Assembly (NCBI GenBank): GCA_963667175.2
Contig: CAXXXF010000003.1
Span: 128,001 to 192,000 of the forward strand
DNA from: Candidatus Latescibacterota bacterium
GTDB lineage: Bacteria; Latescibacterota; UBA2968; GCA-2709665
Direction of reading: 5' to 3'
Length of the DNA stretch: 64,000 nt
The position numbers were made by a program, and so were the translations under genes. Positions 58,747-64,000 of the stretch are shown here, in pieces. The notes under the pieces were generated by a model. The model did not search any database. It worked only from the letters and a program-made list of their open reading frames with translations, and was not told the origin of the DNA. Every line of letters begins with the position of its first letter. Positions within the stretch are counted from its first letter, which is position 1.

Positions 58747-59498
58747 TTTGCAAGAGTCTCCGCTGTAAAGATTCCGCTGAAATGATCGTACTGCACCTTG
58801 TGTGCAGCGCTGAACCAGTCGTCGAACGACTGATGTAGATTGATACCGCGAAGGGTGCTCTCAAGTTGAAGGACCTGTTTCCCCTCGGCAGCGGCCTGAG
58901 TTGCTGTGTTCACTGCAAAAATACCATATCCGCCTAATGGATCATAATTGTAAGTAAAGCGTGAGAATGAGTTGTTCAATCCCTCTGGAGTCCCGATCTC
59001 CGGAGGCTTGAACCTCATGATTTTGTGGGTATCACTCAGGCTGTCGATATATTCCTGCCACTCAAGACGGTCATGATAGCTAAGGTCGAAGTACCTGACT
59101 GAATCCTTGGTGAGATCGGAGGAATCGAGCCTCATAACATCGAGTGCTTGCCTGAATCTGCCATATATTGTGGTGTATCCAGGATAGTTGCCGACTGATT
59201 CATAGTCCGGACGGATCCAGTTGAGGTAGACCTTATTCGCTTGAATCTGGCACATCCATTTGCCGTCTTCGCTGCGCAAACGAATCAGGACCGTTCCTGA
59301 CTTTTCAGGGTTCAATTCCTGAGTGACCTGGTATCCTGACATCCATTCATCGGCTAAAGGGGGGCGAATCTCCACTCGTGAGTATTTGTCCGACAAGGCC
59401 TGCTGGGTGTCAAACAACTCCCTTATGGATAGCCGTTTCTCCTTAAAGGTCACGCCAAAGATGACCTCGGATACTGGTGCCCTGGGGTATGTCTTCAT
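58737..59498 (-). CDS. TIGR04255 family protein
   Basis: YPRAPVSEVIFGVTF, SEDG.W.CQIQ.N...LNW, YPGY...RF, L.Y.DR and W...AH......F motifs. Confidence 0.8.
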   Translation of the reverse strand: MKTYPRAPVSEVIFGVTFKEKRLSIRELFDTQQALSDKYSRVEIRPPLADEWMSGYQVTQELNPEKSGTVLIRLRSEDGKWMCQIQANKVYLNWIRPDYESVGNYPGYTTIYGRFRQALDVMRLDSSDLTKDSVRYFDLSYHDRLEWQEYIDSLSDTHKIMRFKPPEIGTPEGLNNSFSRFTYNYDPLGGYGIFAVNTATQAAAEGKQVLQLESTLRGINLHQSFDDWFSAAHKVQYDHFSGIFTAETLAKWA

Positions 59499-59613
59499 TT
59501 TATCTGAACGAGATGAAGATCGTGCGATGATTGTCGTTTCGCCCGACGTGGATCGCTATTCGTTTCAGTTAAGCATTTCGCCGAATTGCTAATACTCAAG
59601 ATTCCTGTACTGT

Positions 59614-59642
59614 ACAATAGTAGAGCTGGGGGTTAAATGCAA
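59614..59642 (-). promoter_or_regulatory. Sigma70-type promoter for the TIGR04255 operon
   Basis: Minus strand TTGCAT-N17-TATTGT about 115 nt upstream of the ATG at 59498. Confidence 0.5.
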
Positions 59643-60434
59643 AGCGGGCGCTCAATCCTGCTCGATGGAGCCGCGAGAGAACTCCGGTCCTTCATTGCAC
59701 CGATTGCCTTGATTCGAAATTTTCTGGTGACGTTAAATCGAATATATCCAGGTGAATAAAGACGATTTGACGTCGGATATCCAAGAACCTTCAGGTCACT
59801 GGACGTGAACGGAAGAATTGTCCATTTGGACGACCTTTACGCCCCGTTTAGCGCCGATACCTTTTGTGCTTTTTGTGGCTGATTTAGCGCTTATCTTTTT
59901 CGAATTGAGGTTAGTTCGTCGAGTGCGCCCTGGTGAACTCCTTGGAGGTCAATCCACCAAAAGTCAAACTCTCGGAGCAAACCGAAACGTTGCCCACGCC
60001 AGTAACGCCCAAACCGACTACAGGCATGGTTGTCAGCGCGAGCGGAAATTGAGAATTCTCCTGCGCCTACGCTTCCGACGCTGCCCGATAGGCGAAGGTT
60101 CCCCAAGTTTGGGTCCAATTAAGTCCCATCTGAGTGTCTCTGTCAAGGCAATTTGCGCAGGCCAGGATCCCTCACGCTACCATTTATACATTCGCCGGAA
60201 TTTCAGTTGGGCTCCCAAACAGGTCTGGTTGACGTTCGGCTGCACGTAACGGTAGCATCCCACTACTCGTCGCGGCCATCCATCACGCACACCCTGGTAG
60301 ATTCGTCACTGGATACCTTCCAGATGACATTCACGAGGCGCGCTCACCGGGGTTCTCCGCACCTACCCCGACCTCTCCAGATGGCGGCGGACTGAGTTCC
60401 GAGTGGTCAGGACGACAATGACTCTCAGACGGTC

Positions 60435-61595
60435 CTAGTATTCCTGGATATCTGCTTTCTGGCGAAATGCTGCCAGGTCCAGGCCACCTCGGTTGTAGGC
60501 ATCCACGTCCCGTTTCTTAACCTTTAGCACAAGTCCTCGTGGATCGGACGTTCTCCTGGGGAATCCCCTCGAAAACCGCACATCCAACAAGATGTACTCG
60601 TCGGGCTTGAGGGTGCGCAGGGTATAGCCGTAATCTCCCACGGCCTCAACCAACTCATCCTTGAATCGTTCCTGGAAATGGGTATCTCCTTTGACTGCGT
60701 TTCTCGGCTTGGCGAGATTGACTGGTGACTTTGGCGCATTCCTCGTTTTCGAACTAAAGAAAGTACGAGGCCCACGCTTCGCGTTCACAAAGAAGAGCGC
60801 ACCCAACCCTTTTTGGTATATGCCCCGAGTCGCGTAGGTTCTCGGTACACGATGTTCTGCATGCGTCAGCGCTTTGTCCAGGATGGTGGCCATCACACCG
60901 ATCTTCTTCATCATTGACCCATCCGGCCTGCGATCCCGAGAGACGATCCGCTTCCTGAAATCCGCTTCGCTGATGCGCTCCCGGCGGTATGCCACGATAT
61001 CGCTTTTTTTCGCCGTCACCTCTAAATAGCTCTGTTCCGACAACTCGGTCCTGATCCGATTGTCCGGGACCGCCCAGAAATATTCTGATTTGTCGACAAA
61101 CATCCTCGCTATATCATCCACGTTACGGGGGCCAAGTCGGTGATGGGTCAGGATAGTAATTCGGTCTTCATCTCTTAGCTGGCGGATAGCATCCGCGTAT
61201 GTTCCAAGAAACTCACGCAGTCGTTCCTGGAAAGCGAGCCGCTTATTCTCCCGCTTCGATTTACCGTCCTTCGCGACATTGCCTTTCTCCTGAGTTCCGG
61301 TAACGGTTGTGGGCGGCACGAAAGATTCCATTCCAGCAAATTCGAATCCCGGCGGAGGCCGTTCTTCTATGAGAAAGATCACCCCGTAGTTCTCGAAGTA
61401 GAGTCCCCGTACGTGCGGTTCTCGGAGGAAAATGGGTACGGTTGGCGTGTTCTGCGCGCGCAGGCGTTTCAGGATGCCTTCCATGATGTCCAGGTCCTGC
61501 TTCATCCGCTTTCGGTCGATTTCGGCTTCGACGGGGAATGCGGGAAGGGAGAGGCATAAGGCGGCTGCGATGCCAATAAGGCGATGGGTCTTCAT
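60435..61595 (-). CDS. Secreted hypothetical protein with internal two-fold repeat, ECF-operon partner
   Basis: Signal peptide. Two similar halves (M..IL...RG.Y....G..F; FQER....L..YA/YG..R.L..DE.I; K.D..AY....I). Confidence 0.7.
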   Translation of the reverse strand: MKTHRLIGIAAALCLSLPAFPVEAEIDRKRMKQDLDIMEGILKRLRAQNTPTVPIFLREPHVRGLYFENYGVIFLIEERPPPGFEFAGMESFVPPTTVTGTQEKGNVAKDGKSKRENKRLAFQERLREFLGTYADAIRQLRDEDRITILTHHRLGPRNVDDIARMFVDKSEYFWAVPDNRIRTELSEQSYLEVTAKKSDIVAYRRERISEADFRKRIVSRDRRPDGSMMKKIGVMATILDKALTHAEHRVPRTYATRGIYQKGLGALFFVNAKRGPRTFFSSKTRNAPKSPVNLAKPRNAVKGDTHFQERFKDELVEAVGDYGYTLRTLKPDEYILLDVRFSRGFPRRTSDPRGLVLKVKKRDVDAYNRGGLDLAAFRQKADIQEY

Positions 61596-61613
61596 ATTTC
61601 AATCTCCGTCAGT

Positions 61614-62327
61614 TTATTGTTCGGCGGTGGGAGGAGTGTACGGATCCGCCTGCGCGTAAGTCACCGCAAGCAGGTGGTGCAGGAGGTCTTCGGTACGTAG
61701 AAAGCGGTTCTCCGTCGATCCCTCGATTTCCTGCAAGCCCTGGCCTACGAGCACCAGGTCGCGACGGCGCTGGGATTCCATGTCCCGGGCGAACTGTTCG
61801 AGGATAAGACCGAGTTCCAGACGTTGACTGGTGTACCCGTCGTCGATCAACTCCTGAATCAGCGCCAGGGACTGATTTTGGACCTGGATCAGCTCCGCTC
61901 GCGTGACCGGCGTCTCGCGAACCCCTTCAGATGGCTCGAGATCTTCAACCGCGGGGAGCCGCAGCTTCACGTGCAGTCCCCCCTCCCCGTCGTATCGCGC
62001 CTCGAAGTTCAAAACAGCGAAGACGAGAATGACCGCGGCCAGTCCCAGGGCCATACCTGGCGCAAGCCAGCGCCGGTTGCCCGCGGACGTCCACGGCGGC
62101 AGGATGGCCTTCCACCATGGGTTTTTTTCGGGCGCGAAGACCAGACTCGCCGGAGGGACTTCATCCGTCCAGGCACGCATCAGGTTCCTGGTCCGCCCGA
62201 GTCTCTCCAGAGCCTGTGCGCAGGCAGGACAGGCGCTGAAGTGGGATTCGATTCCGGCTTTCTCCTCGGCGTCGACTTCGTCGTAGAGATAGCCGATAAG
62301 TTCCTCTCTGGGCAGTTCACATTTCAT
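61614..62327 (-). CDS. Zinc-finger (zf-HC2) anti-sigma factor with TM helix
   Basis: C...YL..E....H...C.AC motif and a central TM segment. Overlaps the sigma gene stop. Confidence 0.9.
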   Translation of the reverse strand: MKCELPREELIGYLYDEVDAEEKAGIESHFSACPACAQALERLGRTRNLMRAWTDEVPPASLVFAPEKNPWWKAILPPWTSAGNRRWLAPGMALGLAAVILVFAVLNFEARYDGEGGLHVKLRLPAVEDLEPSEGVRETPVTRAELIQVQNQSLALIQELIDDGYTSQRLELGLILEQFARDMESQRRRDLVLVGQGLQEIEGSTENRFLRTEDLLHHLLAVTYAQADPYTPPTAEQ

Positions 62328-62907
62328 AATCGATCGTCTCCCGGGTGATGTTCCACTGGTCCATAACCTTTCTGAGGTTTCCGAGGCCGTAGTAGAGACG
62401 GGATTTTACCGTATTGACCGGCAGTTTCAGAATGCCGGCGATTTCGGTGAATTTCAGATGCTGGTATTCCTTCATGACGACGATTGTCCGTTGTTCATGC
62501 GGAATGCACTGCAACGCCCGGTTGAGCAGATCGCGGAGTTCGCACTTGTGAATTCCGGAATCCGTTGTTGGCGATACTTCCGCCTTCTCGTCCGGCCTGC
62601 GGTCGACGCCGGTTTCCAGGCTCTCCAGTGAAATCATCGGACGCCGCTTCCTCCTCCTCAACTCGTCCCGACACGAATTGACGGCGATCTGATAGATCCA
62701 GGTGGAGAACTTTTCCGGATCCCGCAGCCGGCGGAGGTTTCGGTGGGCTTTGATGAGGACCTTCTGGCTCAGGTCATGCGCTTCCTCGCGGTCTCCGACC
62801 TGGCGCAGGATGAAGTTGTAGAGCCTGCTTTGCCACCGTCCAGCCAGACCGTTAAAGGCATGCGATTCACCGTCGCGGAATCGCCTGATCAACTCGGCGT
62901 CCGTCAT
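62317..62907 (-). CDS. ECF RNA polymerase sigma factor
   Basis: DAELI, A.DL.Q, F.TW.Y.IA.N, EIA.IL..PVNTVKSRL. GGAGGA RBS. Confidence 0.95.
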   Translation of the reverse strand: MTDAELIRRFRDGESHAFNGLAGRWQSRLYNFILRQVGDREEAHDLSQKVLIKAHRNLRRLRDPEKFSTWIYQIAVNSCRDELRRRKRRPMISLESLETGVDRRPDEKAEVSPTTDSGIHKCELRDLLNRALQCIPHEQRTIVVMKEYQHLKFTEIAGILKLPVNTVKSRLYYGLGNLRKVMDQWNITRETIDYEM

Positions 62908-62956
62908 CTATCCTCCGGTATGAATTATCGCGGATTCCTGAAGGCATCTGCATGTG

Positions 62957-62982
62957 TGACGACGAGATTGACGGAAAAGTTC
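62957..62982 (-). promoter_or_regulatory. Putative autoregulatory ECF promoter
   Basis: Minus strand GAAC-N17-CGTCA about 50 nt upstream of the sigma ATG, fitting the ECF AAC/CGT consensus. Confidence 0.55.
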
Positions 62983-63390
62983 TACGGTTTACGTCGGTGC
63001 ACGCGAATTTTTAACTGCTGACCTGTCCGGATGAGATCGGTTGTTCCGACAATGTCTCACAGGCGTCCTGTCGTCTGCTGGCCGATCGAGAACATTGGAT
63101 CGACGCCAGGGATCTGTACGGTGGAGCCGGCCGAACGCTTCAGTCCGTGGGTACGTGTCAGGATTGCGATTGACATCATTGGGGATTTTGGCCATGGTGA
63201 AGTTGGCCGGAGGCATACGGCGGGTGTATGAGCGCCGCAGGTTTCCAACCCGATCTCGGACATGCGTGGTCTGAAGCAATCTGACGGAGAAGCCGCAGGT
63301 CCGGACGACAACTCCGGCGCCGTCGGATCGGGAGAACCGCGTTTCGTATGACCGGGTTCGCGGGGATGGATTCGCAACGGGAGAGCCTTA

Positions 63391-64000
63391 ATGGACTCAA
63401 AACTACAACAGGAATATGAAGAGAAGGGTTACTGCATCGCCCGCGGGGCGATTGACGCGGGTCTGGCGGCCGAGACGGTCGGGCACGTGCAATGGCTCGT
63501 CAAGAGGCATCCGGATACGCGCCCCGAGCGATTGCACCACAATCTGCTCGTAAACGACCCGTTCATGCACCGGCTGGTGTGCGACGATCGGCTGGTGGAT
63601 ATCGCCGCGCAGTTCATCGGCCCGAACGTGGCCATGTTCGGCGCGCATTATATCGCCAAGAAGCCCGAAACCGGGCAGGCCGTACGGTGGCACCAGGATG
63701 GGTCGTACTGGCCGCTGGAGCCGATGGAGGTGACCACCCTGTGGGTCGCCGGCAACGACTCCACCGTGGAGAACGGGTGCATGCGCGTCCTTCCGGGAAC
63801 GCACACCCGGCGTCTGTTGAAGCGTTCGGAGATGGTGGACCTGGATCCGGACAAGTACGTGCTCGGCATCGGAATGCGTCCGGACCAGATCGACGAGGCC
63901 GACGCCGTGGACGTGGAACTCAAGGCCGGGGATATCTCCATTCACCACCCCAACATCATCCACGGCTCCAACTCCAATACGTCCGACCAATGGCGGGTGG
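63391..64000 (+). CDS. PhyH family dioxygenase (3' partial; absent from the ORF track)
   Basis: ATG at 63391 reads MDSKLQQEYEEKGY...WHQDGSYWPLEP...ENGCMRVLPGTH...AGDISIH..IIHGS..N and runs off the window end. Confidence 0.9.
   Translation, partial: MDSKLQQEYEEKGYCIARGAIDAGLAAETVGHVQWLVKRHPDTRPERLHHNLLVNDPFMHRLVCDDRLVDIAAQFIGPNVAMFGAHYIAKKPETGQAVRWHQDGSYWPLEPMEVTTLWVAGNDSTVENGCMRVLPGTHTRRLLKRSEMVDLDPDKYVLGIGMRPDQIDEADAVDVELKAGDISIHHPNIIHGSNSNTSDQWRV

Noticed and set aside
59650-60430. ORFs 59818..60249 and 59891..60118 upstream of the TIGR04255 operon
   Set aside because: No RBS or motif support, and I could not recognise an RNA structure or integrase remnant. Left unexplained.
63403-63990. 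195-aa minus-strand ORF
   Set aside because: Antisense shadow of the + strand PhyH gene starting at 63391.

Overview
GC-rich bacterial window, most consistent with a Latescibacterota/Poribacteria-like (possibly sponge-associated) glycan degrader; this taxonomy is inferred from dockerin-like DxDGxGxVGFxDF domains, PhyH expansion and the heparinase-like repertoire. The backbone is a large, mostly + strand glycosaminoglycan/polysaccharide catabolic region with eight heparinase II/III-like lyase genes (four of them giant lyase + FG-GAP/PQQ-propeller paralogs), a BNR sialidase-like protein, two Gfo/Idh/MocA oxidoreductases and three PhyH dioxygenases. It has no SusC/D pair or ABC ATPase, but carries a DUF6785 / inactive-M28-FtsX / DUF6785 membrane module. 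Lower-GC islets interrupt it: a DarT-remnant/DarG fusion plus an orphan DNA MTase, a PvuII-type R-M pair with no C gene, a two-gene islet, and a translationally coupled TIGR04255 / unknown / ART-like triad that is a candidate uncharacterised defence system. Also present are a heptaheme cytochrome, a triply frameshifted DUF4838 gene, an M55 peptidase, an outer-membrane beta-barrel and an ECF sigma/anti-sigma operon. Intergenic regions are mosaics of REP-like hairpins, a MITE, a ~300-bp dispersed repeat and a 20-33 nt palindromic element that also sits in-frame inside a gene. No rRNA, tRNA or CRISPR array was seen. Family assignments come from motif recognition only; no searches were run.
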